A stretch of DNA of 64,000 bases. Source: Syntrophorhabdaceae bacterium (GTDB lineage: Bacteria; Desulfobacterota; Syntrophorhabdia; Syntrophorhabdales; Syntrophorhabdaceae). The notes below the pieces were generated by a model. The model saw only the letters and a list, made by a program, of their open reading frames with translations. It searched no databases and had not been told where the DNA came from. Positions 1-9,787 of this stretch are shown in pieces. Where the stretch lies: NCBI GenBank assembly GCA_963665295.1, contig OY762209.1, positions 3,520,001 to 3,584,000 of the forward strand, read 5' to 3'. The translations under genes and the position numbers were made by a program. Position 1 is the first letter of the stretch. Every line of letters starts with the position of its first letter.

Positions 1-2
1 CC

Positions 3-449
3 TTCCTTCTCCTCCAGGGGTTGGAGACATTGCCTCTCAGGGTACGTAAGCACTCGGAAAACGCTCTTGAAGTGGCACGGTTTCTGAAGGACCATCCCCT
101 AGTGAACTGGGTGAACTACCCGGGTCTCGAGGACCACCAGAGTCATGGTCTTGCGAAAAAGTATCTGGGCGGCAGATACGGCGCTCTCGTGGGGTTCGGC
201 ATAAAAGGCGGGCTTGAAGGAGGGAAGAAATTCATCAACGCCGTTCAACTCCTCTCACATCTTGCAAACATCGGAGACGCGAAAAGCCTTGTAATTCATC
301 CCGCTTCCACGACCCATCAGCAGTTGACCAGGGCGGAGCAGGAGGAGACGGGAGTGACCGAGGATTTCATTCGCTTGTCGATCGGCCTCGAAGATGTGGA
401 AGACATTAAAGACGACATAGATCAGGCGCTGAAAACAGCGGCAGGCTGA
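3..449 (+). CDS. metY: O-acetylhomoserine sulfhydrylase (Cys/Met PLP enzyme), 5' truncated by window edge
   Basis: Frame is open from the window start; C-terminal motifs [22 protein letters not shown] and IRLSIGLE; directly upstream of metX. Confidence 0.92.
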   Translation, partial: FLLLQGLETLPLRVRKHSENALEVARFLKDHPLVNWVNYPGLEDHQSHGLAKKYLGGRYGALVGFGIKGGLEGGKKFINAVQLLSHLANIGDAKSLVIHPASTTHQQLTRAEQEETGVTEDFIRLSIGLEDVEDIKDDIDQALKTAAG

Positions 450-497
450 GAGACGATAATGGCGGGAGAGTGGAGTGCGTCGGCGTGAGAGTGAGGA

Positions 498-1637
498 ATG
501 ATGGTATTGCATGAGAAAGGTTCAGGAATTGTCGAGACCCGATACTATACCTTCGCAGAGCCGCCGTCGGAACTGGAACTGGAAAGCGGCGAAAAGTTGG
601 GACCCATAACACTCGCGTACGAGACCTATGGGAAACTCAACGACGACAGATCGAACGCCATACTGGTCACCCATGCCCTGACCGGAGATGCCCACGCGGC
701 GGGTTGGCACAAGGGCGACAAAAATCCCGGTTGGTGGGATAATATGATTGGGCCGGGTAAGGGTTTCGACACCAACAAATACTTTGTTATATGCTCAAAT
801 GTTATCGGGGGATGTCAGGGCTCCACAGGGCCGTCTTCGATAAATCCGAAGACGGGGAGACATTACGGCCTTGAATTCCCTCTTATCACGATCAAGGACA
901 TGGTCAACGCGCAACTTCGTCTCGTAGAACACCTGGGAATCGATAAGCTGCTTTCGGTTGCGGGAGGCTCCATGGGCGGAATGCAGGTGCTCCAGTGGGT
1001 CGTTTCCCACCCCGAGAGGGTGCGATCCGCCATCCCGATTGCAAGCACTGCCGTTCATTCTCCCCAGCAGATAGCCTTCAACGAAGTGGGCAGACAGGCG
1101 ATAATGGCGGACCCGAACTGGAATGACGGCAATTACTACGGCAAACGGCTTCCTGTCAAAGGATTGAGCGTAGCGAGAATGGTGGGGCATATCACCTATA
1201 TGAGCGACGAATCAATGAATGACAAATTCGGGCGGCGGTTCAAGGAAGAGAAACAGGGCCTGAAATTCGGCGCGGAGTTCGAGGTGGAAGGATATCTCCA
1301 GTACAGGGGAGACAACTTCATTAAACGGTTCGACCCGAATTCCTATCTCTACGTGACGAAGGCTATAGACTATTTCGACCTCTCAAACGGGGTCGGCCTG
1401 CGCAACATGCTTAAAGGGGTAAACGCCCGGTTCCTCATCATTGCCTTCAAATCCGACTGGCTTTACCCTGCCTATCAGTCCCAGGAGATTGCAAGGGCGT
1501 GCAAACGGGCGGGCATTGAGGCTATATACTGTGAACTGAATTCCACCTACGGCCATGATGCGTTCCTTGTGGAGGTAGCCGAACAGACCCATCTCGTCAC
1601 CCATTTCCTGGGCAGGGTCGCCGAAGGGGAATGTTGA
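498..1637 (+). CDS. metX: Homoserine O-acetyltransferase
   Basis: [14 protein letters not shown], nucleophile elbow GGSMGG, SDWLY, GHDAFL. Confidence 0.95.
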   Translation: MMVLHEKGSGIVETRYYTFAEPPSELELESGEKLGPITLAYETYGKLNDDRSNAILVTHALTGDAHAAGWHKGDKNPGWWDNMIGPGKGFDTNKYFVICSNVIGGCQGSTGPSSINPKTGRHYGLEFPLITIKDMVNAQLRLVEHLGIDKLLSVAGGSMGGMQVLQWVVSHPERVRSAIPIASTAVHSPQQIAFNEVGRQAIMADPNWNDGNYYGKRLPVKGLSVARMVGHITYMSDESMNDKFGRRFKEEKQGLKFGAEFEVEGYLQYRGDNFIKRFDPNSYLYVTKAIDYFDLSNGVGLRNMLKGVNARFLIIAFKSDWLYPAYQSQEIARACKRAGIEAIYCELNSTYGHDAFLVEVAEQTHLVTHFLGRVAEGEC

Positions 1638-2239
1638 TGGTGTCAAAGCCCATGGAGGACATCAGTCTTGACTACCAGGTAATTCTCGACCTCGTGGACC
1701 CCTCTTCGACGGTCCTCGACCTTGGCTGCGGCAATGGGGACCTCCTTTCTTTGCTGGTTCGGGAGAAGAAGATAAAGGCCCAAGGGATAGAGATCGATGA
1801 CAAGGCCATATTTGAGTGCGTGGCCAAGGGGTTGAGCGTCTTTCAGGATGATATCGATACGGGGCTACCGGAGTATGGGGATAAGTCTTTTGATTTTGTC
1901 ATACTGAATCAGAGCATCCAGCAGGTCAAGAAACCCGGCGAAGTGCTCAGGGAGGCCTTGAGGGTAGGCAATAAGGTCATTGTAGGCATTCCCAATTTTG
2001 CCTATATCAAAGCCCGGCTTCAGATATTTTTTGGGGGAAAGGTGCCGGTCACGCCTTCGCTGCCTTATGAATGGCATGATACGCCCAACCTCCATTTTCT
2101 GAGCCTCATAGATTTTATCGAGTATTGTAGAAAAAGGGCAATCAGGATTGATCGCTCCTTTTACCTCGGAGCCGGGAGGATGGTAAGATTTTTCCCTAAT
2201 ATGTTTGCCAGGGTAGGGCTATTCGTTATTTCCGAATAG
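1637..2239 (+). CDS. metW: Methionine biosynthesis protein MetW (SAM-binding fold)
   Basis: VLDLGCGNG, IPNF, LPYEWHDTPNLH; ATG overlaps the metX stop (alternative starts 1631/1652). Confidence 0.92.
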   Translation: MVSKPMEDISLDYQVILDLVDPSSTVLDLGCGNGDLLSLLVREKKIKAQGIEIDDKAIFECVAKGLSVFQDDIDTGLPEYGDKSFDFVILNQSIQQVKKPGEVLREALRVGNKVIVGIPNFAYIKARLQIFFGGKVPVTPSLPYEWHDTPNLHFLSLIDFIEYCRKRAIRIDRSFYLGAGRMVRFFPNMFARVGLFVISE

Positions 2240-2303
2240 GATGTGGAGAGAACCTCCTGCGGACATTGGTCCGGTGAGGAGGGGTGGGCGTTGGCGGCAC
2301 TGT

Positions 2304-3263
2304 TCAGGTTTTCGGAAATGACTCGTCGTCCTCTTCTTCAATATATCTTGCCCGGATTCGCCGCCTTATAATGAGCCTGAGAAAAGCGTAGGCGGTAATG
2401 AGGGCCATGAAAAAGAAAAGAATCTCATAGATGTTGTTCGCGAAGAAGAGGAACCAGGAAGCGTGTTTGCCGAGGTCACTATGCCAGGCCTCTTCGAACT
2501 GGGCAAGAGTTATCGAGAGAGATCCCTGAAAGGCTTCTTCGAAGGATTTACCTCTTTCCATGTGATCGAGTATTTCCAGTATCTTTTCAGCGCCGAAGGT
2601 TTTTCCCATATACTCGACGGCCCCCCTGCTTTCCTCGTAGGCGAGCGCCAATGAACCTTTCTCCTTCGGAAAGGCTTCCTTTAAACTCTCAAGGGAAATA
2701 AGTCTCTGTGAGAGCATGGCTTCGCTCAGGGAAGGGACTTTTCTGTCCATTATGATCTCCGCAAGGCCACCCGTCACCCACTGAGAAACTCCTTCGTCGA
2801 ACCATCTAGGAAGGTCGCCTTTTACCCGCCTGTGAAGGAGGAGGTGGCATAACTCGTGTTTCAGGGTGACTTGGAGCGTAAAAGGGTGAACCCCCATTCT
2901 TGAATAGTCGATGACGATAAGACCCTGACGGGGCGCGGCAAAGGCGACGATCATGTCGTTTCCCGCGATACGGCGGAACGTGTCGCCTTCTCGTATGAGA
3001 AGGATGACGGGATGGAAATTGACTGTCCGTCGAAGGGCTGTTTCCAGTTCCATCTTCACGACGGGGTAGGAGTGAAGCATTTCTTCTGCCGGGCGGGAAA
3101 GGGGTTTTTCGAACCTGACCGTAACATCCTGGTTCTCTACGACGCCCGTGTTCACTTCGATTTCGCGGGCGTGAATCCCGCCCGCGACGAGTGCGAGCGC
3201 GACAAAGGCAGCAAGAGAGCAAGGCAGAATCAGGGCTCTAAGGAACCGGCACAGGGGAGGCAT
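2304..3263 (-). CDS. Membrane-anchored gluzincin (peptidase MA-like) metallopeptidase
   Basis: Signal peptide, HELCH (HExxH) followed by PRWFDEG, C-terminal TM helix. Confidence 0.8.
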   Translation of the reverse strand: MPPLCRFLRALILPCSLAAFVALALVAGGIHAREIEVNTGVVENQDVTVRFEKPLSRPAEEMLHSYPVVKMELETALRRTVNFHPVILLIREGDTFRRIAGNDMIVAFAAPRQGLIVIDYSRMGVHPFTLQVTLKHELCHLLLHRRVKGDLPRWFDEGVSQWVTGGLAEIIMDRKVPSLSEAMLSQRLISLESLKEAFPKEKGSLALAYEESRGAVEYMGKTFGAEKILEILDHMERGKSFEEAFQGSLSITLAQFEEAWHSDLGKHASWFLFFANNIYEILFFFMALITAYAFLRLIIRRRIRARYIEEEDDESFPKT

Positions 3264-3436
3264 TCATCAAGAATACCAGCAGGTACTTGAAATGGCAAGA
3301 CACACCGCTTGCCCGACAGCCTTTTGACCTCGATTTTGGGGATTGCCATACTCGGGTTAAAGGAGGCGAGGGGAGGGATTACGGGACATATTGGTGCGCC
3401 CTCCCGGCCCTCCGGTATCTCTGTCCAAACACAATG

Positions 3437-3465
3437 TTGACACGGTGAACAGGGATACATAGCTT
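3437..3465 (+). promoter_or_regulatory. Putative sigma70 promoter of nrdJ
   Basis: TTGACA-17 bp-TAGCTT upstream of the nrdJ RBS and ATG. Confidence 0.5.
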
Positions 3466-3533
3466 GTATGACAGAAGCGGGACTTGTAGTTGCCTTTGTA
3501 CCGTAGACCACACATTATGGGGAGGGACAGGCG

Positions 3534-5180
3534 ATGGATGAGAGCGCGCTCCTTGTGCTGAAGAGAAGATACCTCATTAAGGACGAGAGAGGGGAGCCGG
3601 TTGAGAGCCCGGACGATTTGTTCAGACGCGTGGCGGACTTCATAGCCGTGGCCGAAGATAATTTCAAAGGCGGGCATAGGGACCGGACAGGAGAAGCGTT
3701 TTACACCATGCTTTCCGGCCTTGAATACCTTCCCAACTCACCCACTCTCATGAACGCGGGCAGAGACCTGGGGCAACTCGCAGCCTGTTTTGTCCTGCCT
3801 GTTGAGGATTCACTGGAGTCTATATTCGAGGCAGTGAAGGAGACGGCCCTGATCCATCAGACAGGGGGCGGCACGGGGTTCTCCTTTTCGAGGTTGCGTC
3901 CGAAGAACGATGTAGTCGGATCCACCATGGGCCAGGCGAGCGGTCCTGTCTCTTTTATCCGTGTCTTTAACATGGCTACTGAAGTGATCAAGCAGGGCGG
4001 GACAAGAAGGGGAGCCAACATGGGGGTTCTCAGAATCGACCATCCGGACATAGAAGAGTTTGTTACCGTAAAAAGGGACCCTAATGAACTTACCAATTTT
4101 AACCTTTCAGTGGCCATTACCGATGAGTTCATGGACGCCTTTTCGCATAACGACCTGTTTTCTCTGATCAATCCGAGGACGGGAAAGACAACGAAGAGGG
4201 TAAAAGCATATGACCTTTTCAGGCTGATCGCCGAATCGGCGTGGGCATCGGGCGAACCTGGCGTACTTTTTTTAGATACCATAAACAGGGCGAACCCTAC
4301 ACCTCATATGGGAGCGATCGAGGCAACGAACCCGTGCGGAGAGCAGCCCCTCCTGCCTTACGAGTCGTGCTGTCTCGGTTCCATTGATCTTTCAAAACTG
4401 GTCCATAAAAAGGAAATAGACTGGGAAAGGCTCAGGGAGCTTACTCACCTCGGCGTAAGATTCCTTGACAACGTCATTGAAATGAGCAAATATCCTGTTA
4501 CGGAGACCGATAAGGTTACAAGGGCAAACCGGAAAATAGGTCTTGGAGTGATGGGCTTCGCCCATATGCTGATCAGACTCGGCATTCTCTACGACTCCTT
4601 CGAGGCCGAGACTATAGGCGAAAAGATCATGAGCTTCATCGAAAAGGAATCAAAGGCGGCTTCAAACCGGCTTGCAGTGGAAAGGGGGGTTTTCCCGAAT
4701 TTTAGAGGCAGCGTGTGGGACAGGAAAGGCGTGCCTCAACGGAACGCTACCACCACTACTATAGCGCCCACCGGCACCTTGAGCATAATAGCGGGATGTT
4801 CGAGCGGCATCGAACCCGTGTATGGCGTCAGGCATACAAGACGACTTCTCGGCGATATAGAGCTTGAATTGACGGACCCTCTCTACGGGGAGATGATAAG
4901 GGGTCGCGGTGCGACGGATAAGGTGGATGAACTTTTCCGGACGGCGCACCAGGTCGCGCCCATGGCCCACCTGAGAATTCAGCGGGTCTTTCAGAATCAT
5001 GTGGACAACGCGGTGTCGAAAACTATCAACCTGCCCGCGTCGGCCACGCCTGATACCATTTTGGAGATCTATCAGGAAGCTCACCGGATCGGGCTCAAGG
5101 GAACGACCATATTCAGAGACAAGAGCCGGGCAGTTCAGGTGCTTTCATGTTCGTCGCAGCAGATTTGCGAAGCGTCATAG
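3534..5180 (+). CDS. nrdJ: Adenosylcobalamin-dependent (class II) ribonucleotide reductase, short form
   Basis: PNSPTLMNAG, AACFV, RRGANM, TNPCGEQPL, TIAPTGT, VSKTIN; no ATP cone. Confidence 0.92.
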   Translation: MDESALLVLKRRYLIKDERGEPVESPDDLFRRVADFIAVAEDNFKGGHRDRTGEAFYTMLSGLEYLPNSPTLMNAGRDLGQLAACFVLPVEDSLESIFEAVKETALIHQTGGGTGFSFSRLRPKNDVVGSTMGQASGPVSFIRVFNMATEVIKQGGTRRGANMGVLRIDHPDIEEFVTVKRDPNELTNFNLSVAITDEFMDAFSHNDLFSLINPRTGKTTKRVKAYDLFRLIAESAWASGEPGVLFLDTINRANPTPHMGAIEATNPCGEQPLLPYESCCLGSIDLSKLVHKKEIDWERLRELTHLGVRFLDNVIEMSKYPVTETDKVTRANRKIGLGVMGFAHMLIRLGILYDSFEAETIGEKIMSFIEKESKAASNRLAVERGVFPNFRGSVWDRKGVPQRNATTTTIAPTGTLSIIAGCSSGIEPVYGVRHTRRLLGDIELELTDPLYGEMIRGRGATDKVDELFRTAHQVAPMAHLRIQRVFQNHVDNAVSKTINLPASATPDTILEIYQEAHRIGLKGTTIFRDKSRAVQVLSCSSQQICEAS

Positions 5181-5240
5181 CCCACTGGCCCGCACCAGGG
5201 GACCAGATAGGGGCGTGACAAAAGAAAGGAGAAGTGGTTC

Positions 5241-5903
5241 ATGAAACAAATGACGTCCACGGGAGAACCCATAGCGGTAATCGTAGTTGACCTTCAGGGC
5301 GATTTCACCGAGTTCAGGAAAGGGTCACTCGCGGTTCCCGCTACCGGGAAGGATTATATAGGGGATGTGGAAGCCGCGACGCGACTCCTGAAAGAAGCGG
5401 GATTCCTCATATACGGCTCCCAGGACTGGCATCCGGCAAATCATGTCTCGTTTTACACCACTCATCCGGGAAGGAAACCCGGGGAAGTCATTCAGATCGA
5501 CGGCAGGACTCAGGTGCTCTGGCCCCCTCATTGCGTGCAGGGGACGGACAATGCCGAAGTGATCATAGACAACGGCCTCTTTGCCGGATTCATCAAAAAA
5601 GCACAGGATCCTGAACCTGACAGCTATTCGGCTTTTGCGGACGAGGAAGGGGCAGAGACGGAACTGAATAGCCTGCTTAAACGGAATAATGTGCGAAAGG
5701 TAGTGATCTTCGGGCTGGCGACGGACTACTGCGTGAAGTACACTGCCGTCGACGGCAGGAGAAGGGGGTACGGGATCATCGTGGTCGAAAGCCTTTGCAG
5801 GGGTATCACCCCGGAGACTACGGGTCTGGCCCTGGCGGAGATGGAGCGGGTTGGTGTTGTTATCCTTAAGACGCTCGACCTCGCGGAGATCAAAGCTCTG
5901 TAG
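5241..5903 (+). CDS. pncA: Nicotinamidase/pyrazinamidase (isochorismatase family)
   Basis: VDLQGDF, QDWHP, LWPPHCVQG, GLATDYCV. Confidence 0.9.
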   Translation: MKQMTSTGEPIAVIVVDLQGDFTEFRKGSLAVPATGKDYIGDVEAATRLLKEAGFLIYGSQDWHPANHVSFYTTHPGRKPGEVIQIDGRTQVLWPPHCVQGTDNAEVIIDNGLFAGFIKKAQDPEPDSYSAFADEEGAETELNSLLKRNNVRKVVIFGLATDYCVKYTAVDGRRRGYGIIVVESLCRGITPETTGLALAEMERVGVVILKTLDLAEIKAL

Positions 5904-5988
5904 TGTGCAATCCCTGCGATGGACGGGTCGTCCGGACCACGGAAGATGTCGAGAGGGGTGATATGACGGCGAAAAGGGTTGTCCGATC

Positions 5989-6032
5989 GGGACCGGTCCG
6001 TCTCTCACCTTGGAGGCAGGGACGGGCCGGTC
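5989..6032. terminator. Hairpin between convergent genes, probable terminator
   Basis: GGACCGGTCCGTCTCT ... AGGGACGGGCCGGTCC imperfect inverted repeat. Confidence 0.5.
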
Positions 6033-6062
6033 CGCCGGTTTGTTTCCCGGTCGTGGCGTTAC

Positions 6063-6326
6063 TTACGTACGGAGCTTCTCATCGTAACAAATATCCGCGC
6101 CCTCGGGAACATCGCAATATATTCCTTCTTCCCCGGGTTTGGCCTCCTCGCGTTCCCGCCTCTTCTGAATCATGGTCTGCTTTGTCTTTTCCGCTGCGGC
6201 ACAGAGGGCATCCATGGCTTTCCTGATCTGAGGCGCAAAAGCCATCGCAATGCCTCCGCCGATTAGTCCACCGACGAAAAACGGGATTATCGGGGACAAA
6301 CCATTCTTCGATTTCGCCTGTTCCAT
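6063..6326 (-). CDS. YtxH-like small membrane protein
   Basis: AAGGAGG RBS; FFVGGLIGGGIAMAFAP helix typical of YtxH. Confidence 0.7.
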   Translation of the reverse strand: MEQAKSKNGLSPIIPFFVGGLIGGGIAMAFAPQIRKAMDALCAAAEKTKQTMIQKRREREEAKPGEEGIYCDVPEGADICYDEKLRT

Positions 6327-6522
6327 TGTTGGTTACCTCCTTCATTTGCATTTCCAGGCTTTCACATGGCCTGGTTCCATCTCTCTTTCCACATACTAGG
6401 CACCGGCGTATTTGAAGTCAACGGCGCGACGGGTGCGTTTTATCGGGACCGCAAATTCATCCTGCGAGGCGGGGATCACTTTCCCGGAACGGCCCGTGCC
6501 TCTTCTTCTATATACCAGCGGG

Positions 6523-6930
6523 TCATGGCGTGACTATGAGTACCCCCTCCATTCCCCTTTCGCGGTGACTCTTGACGAAAGGCAACCCCTTATCACAGTA
6601 AAAGGGATATTCCCCCGTCTTTGTAGGCGTGAATTTGATGACCCTGGGGTCGGTTCCGAGTTCCTCGGATACATCTATGCCTGCTTCAGGGGCTTTGAAG
6701 ATGATGTCGTGAGGAACCAATCCCGCTTGTTTCGTGATCTTGATTTCCACCGGTACATTCACCTTTACCACCAGTCTATTGGGGTCGAAGAAATAACTGC
6801 CTGCAATCATTTCCACCCTTTGCACCCCGTCGGGAGCGATTTGGGCCGTCACCTGTTTTTCTTCCGCCCAGGCCGCGGCCGAAAAAATCACAAACAGAAA
6901 AAGAACAGCTAATAGTTTTGGATGTCTCAT
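6523..6930 (-). CDS. Exported cupredoxin-domain (type 1 copper) protein
   Basis: Signal peptide (AWA-EE), PHD His, C-terminal YCD...SH...GMEG Cys/His/Met ligands; RBS GAGGA. Confidence 0.85.
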   Translation of the reverse strand: MRHPKLLAVLFLFVIFSAAAWAEEKQVTAQIAPDGVQRVEMIAGSYFFDPNRLVVKVNVPVEIKITKQAGLVPHDIIFKAPEAGIDVSEELGTDPRVIKFTPTKTGEYPFYCDKGLPFVKSHRERGMEGVLIVTP

Positions 6931-7101
6931 GTGTCCTCCTTAGATTGAGAAATGGTGTTTAAGATGCACCTAATACGTTGCCGACGGTTTGTCAACCAGA
7001 CCGGCAACCCGGGGATATCGGACGACAAGACCGGGGAGGTGAGGAAAAAGGCGCCAGGGTGTGCTACAATGGCTCAAGATCGCGTTCTTGAGGAGGTATT
7101 T

Positions 7102-7662
7102 ATGGTGAAGGAAATCATCGTGCCTATTGCCGACGGGAGTGAGGAACTGGAAGCTATTTCAATCGTGGACGTGCTCAGGAGGACGGGAGTCCCGGTGACG
7201 ATCGCATCCGTGGATGGGCTCCTTGTGACTTGTTCAAAGGGCGTGAAGCTGACGGCCGACTGTCTGGTGTCGGAGTGCGTGGACAAATCCTATGACCTGA
7301 TCGTACTTCCCGGAGGCATGCCGGGTTCCTTGCATCTCAAAGATTCGGAATCGCTCGCCCACATGCTGAAGAGGCAGGCAAGAGATGGCAGGCTCTACGG
7401 CGCTATCTGCGCTGCGCCGGCGGTGGTGCTCCATCATCACGGGTTGGTGCAAGGGAAACGCGTAACGTGCCATCCCGATTTCAGTCGTCTCATGGAGAAC
7501 GCGGACGTGGTGAATGAAGCAGTGGTGGTGGACGGCAATGTAATCACGAGCCGGGGCGCGGGCACGGCGGTGGAGTTCTCTTTGACCCTGGTGGAATTGC
7601 TCTTTGGCAGGGCCAAGGCGGAAGATGTCGCGCGGGGCATGGTTTTTGGGCGTGGATGGTAA
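7102..7662 (+). CDS. DJ-1/PfpI (YajL/ThiJ-like) deglycase
   Basis: AGGAGG RBS before ATG 7102; GSEELEA, LPGGMPG, AICAAP. Confidence 0.9.
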   Translation: MVKEIIVPIADGSEELEAISIVDVLRRTGVPVTIASVDGLLVTCSKGVKLTADCLVSECVDKSYDLIVLPGGMPGSLHLKDSESLAHMLKRQARDGRLYGAICAAPAVVLHHHGLVQGKRVTCHPDFSRLMENADVVNEAVVVDGNVITSRGAGTAVEFSLTLVELLFGRAKAEDVARGMVFGRGW

Positions 7663-7738
7663 CGTGGGAGAGACTTCCGCTCGTGCGGGTTGCCGACCCA
7701 TGCCGGAGTGATTAGAAAAATCAGCAGGAGAGGGCGAC

Positions 7739-9196
7739 ATGCAGAGACCATCACAACTCATAAAGGTTTCGGATACGGTATGGGAACTCCCCCGGTCCTA
7801 TAAAGCGGGCATGCTCGTTCCTGCACGGATCTACGGCACGGAAAAACTGATCGACGCCATGGACCAGGGGGTCTTTGACCAGGTGACGAACGTGGCCTGC
7901 CTACCGGGCGTGATAAAATATGCCTACTGCATGCCTGACGGACATTGGGGATATGGGTTCCCCATCGGTGGTGTAGCCGCCATGGACCCCGGAAAGGGAG
8001 TCATATCACCTGGCGGCATCGGATTCGATATCAATTGCGGCATGAGACTTGTCCTGACGAATCTTACCTACGATGAGGTCAAGCCCCGCTTGCGGACCCT
8101 CGTGGATACGCTGTTTCGCCGGGTTCCCTCGGGGGTGGGGAGCAAAGGCTTCGTGAAACTGAGCCACAAGGAATTCCGAGAGGTGCTTACCCGCGGAGCA
8201 CAATGGTGTCTCGACAGGGAATGCGGCTGGCGCGAGGATATCGAGAGGACCGAGGAGAAGGGATGTTTCAGGGGAGCCGACCCGGAAAAGGTAAGCGACA
8301 AGGCGGTTGACCGCGGCATCGACCAGATAGGGACTCTCGGTAGTGGCAATCATTATTGCGAGATCCAGGTTGCGAGACCCGAAAATATATTTGATCAGGA
8401 ACTCGCCCGTGCCATGGGGATTACCATCCCCAATCAGGTTGTCCTCATGTTTCATTGCGGAAGCCGTGGTTTCGGCCATCAGGTGGCCACGGACTATCTC
8501 CGGTTGTTTCTCGGCGTTGTGGACAGAAAATACCATATCAAGATCAACGACAGGGAACTGGCCTCGGCGCCCTTCCTTTCTCCTGAAGGGCAGGACTATT
8601 TCGCTGCCATGAAATGTGCGGTCAATATGGCTTTTGCGAACCGCCAGATGATCCTTCACAGGGTCAGGGAAGTCTTCTCCCATGTCTTCGACATGAGTCC
8701 GGTCGACATCGGAATGCACATGGTCTACGATGTGGCCCACAATACGGCAAAGCTGGAGCGCCATCGGGTCGATGGAGAAGACCGGGAGGTGCTCATACAC
8801 CGTAAGGGGTCCACGAGAGCTCTGGGGCCGGGGATGGAGGGGCTTCCGGACTGTTATAGTACCTCGGGACAGCCGGTAATCATAGGGGGAAGCATGGAGA
8901 CAGGATCGTACCTTCTGGCGGGTCTGGCTACCGGCAAAGACGCGTTCTACTCGACGGCCCACGGAAGCGGCAGGACCATGAGCAGGCACCAGGCAAAAAA
9001 GATGGTCCAGGGGAGGGCTCTGCAAAAGGATATGGAAGAGAGGGGAATTTATGTGCGCACCGACTCGTTCGGGGGGCTCGCCGAGGAAGCAGGGAGTGCG
9101 TACAAGAACATCGATGAGGTGACGTACGCGACAGAGCTTGCCGGTTTAAGCAAGCGCGTGGCGCGTCTCGTACCCTTGGGGAATATAAAGGGATAG
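7739..9196 (+). CDS. rtcB: RtcB RNA 2',3'-cyclic phosphate/3'-P ligase
   Basis: MPDGHWGYGFPIGG, GFDINCG, GNHY, HCGSRG, AHGSGR (guanylylated His). Confidence 0.95.
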   Translation: MQRPSQLIKVSDTVWELPRSYKAGMLVPARIYGTEKLIDAMDQGVFDQVTNVACLPGVIKYAYCMPDGHWGYGFPIGGVAAMDPGKGVISPGGIGFDINCGMRLVLTNLTYDEVKPRLRTLVDTLFRRVPSGVGSKGFVKLSHKEFREVLTRGAQWCLDRECGWREDIERTEEKGCFRGADPEKVSDKAVDRGIDQIGTLGSGNHYCEIQVARPENIFDQELARAMGITIPNQVVLMFHCGSRGFGHQVATDYLRLFLGVVDRKYHIKINDRELASAPFLSPEGQDYFAAMKCAVNMAFANRQMILHRVREVFSHVFDMSPVDIGMHMVYDVAHNTAKLERHRVDGEDREVLIHRKGSTRALGPGMEGLPDCYSTSGQPVIIGGSMETGSYLLAGLATGKDAFYSTAHGSGRTMSRHQAKKMVQGRALQKDMEERGIYVRTDSFGGLAEEAGSAYKNIDEVTYATELAGLSKRVARLVPLGNIKG

Positions 9197-9201
9197 GACC
9201 A

Positions 9202-9633
9202 GTGCCATACCGTTATATGCCGGACATTGCCATCGCCGACGTCGCCTTTGAAGCCAGGGGAAAGAGCCTTGAAGAGTTGTTCACCGCCGCCTCGGACGCG
9301 ACAATGAGTGTGATGGTCGATGATCTGTCCACGATTGAACTGAAAGAGGAAGTAACGGTGCACCTCACTCATGAGGAAATTGACCTCCTTCTTTTCGACT
9401 TTCTTCAGGAATTTATCTATTTCAAGGATGCACGACAGCTTTTGCTGCGAGTGGAAAGGATCATTCTTGTCAAGGAAGGGACGACTTTTGTACTCGATGC
9501 AGTTCTTCGCGGCGAGCGCCTCGATCCCGACAAGCATCCCCTCAGGGCTGATGTAAAAGCGGTCACTCTCCACCGGTTCAGCGTGTCACACACAGACGAC
9601 GGATGGGTTGCGACCGTGGTGCTCGACGTCTGA
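9202..9633 (+). CDS. Archease (RtcB activator)
   Basis: ADVAFEARG..LEELF, DVKAVTLH, C-terminal VVLDV; directly downstream of rtcB. Confidence 0.92.
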   Translation: MPYRYMPDIAIADVAFEARGKSLEELFTAASDATMSVMVDDLSTIELKEEVTVHLTHEEIDLLLFDFLQEFIYFKDARQLLLRVERIILVKEGTTFVLDAVLRGERLDPDKHPLRADVKAVTLHRFSVSHTDDGWVATVVLDV

Positions 9634-9729
9634 TTTTTCGCAATATGGTCCGTTCGTATCCGGACCAATCCTTACCCTCCCGCTAACCCTCGAATCTCAC
9701 CTGAGGCCGGCACCAAAAGGCCTTTAGGA

Positions 9730-9760
9730 TTGACAGTTTTTCAGGCATTTGTGTTAAGAT
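9730..9760 (+). promoter_or_regulatory. Putative sigma70 promoter of the chemosensory operon
   Basis: TTGACA and extended -10 TGnTAAGAT; spacer is long (19 bp). Confidence 0.45.
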
Positions 9761-9787
9761 AGAAAAGGTCCGATAAGGGGGTGTCGA

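Noticed and set aside
3300..3533. NrdR boxes or cobalamin riboswitch upstream of nrdJ
   Set aside because: The best NrdR-like match is only about 9/16, and there is no B12-box core
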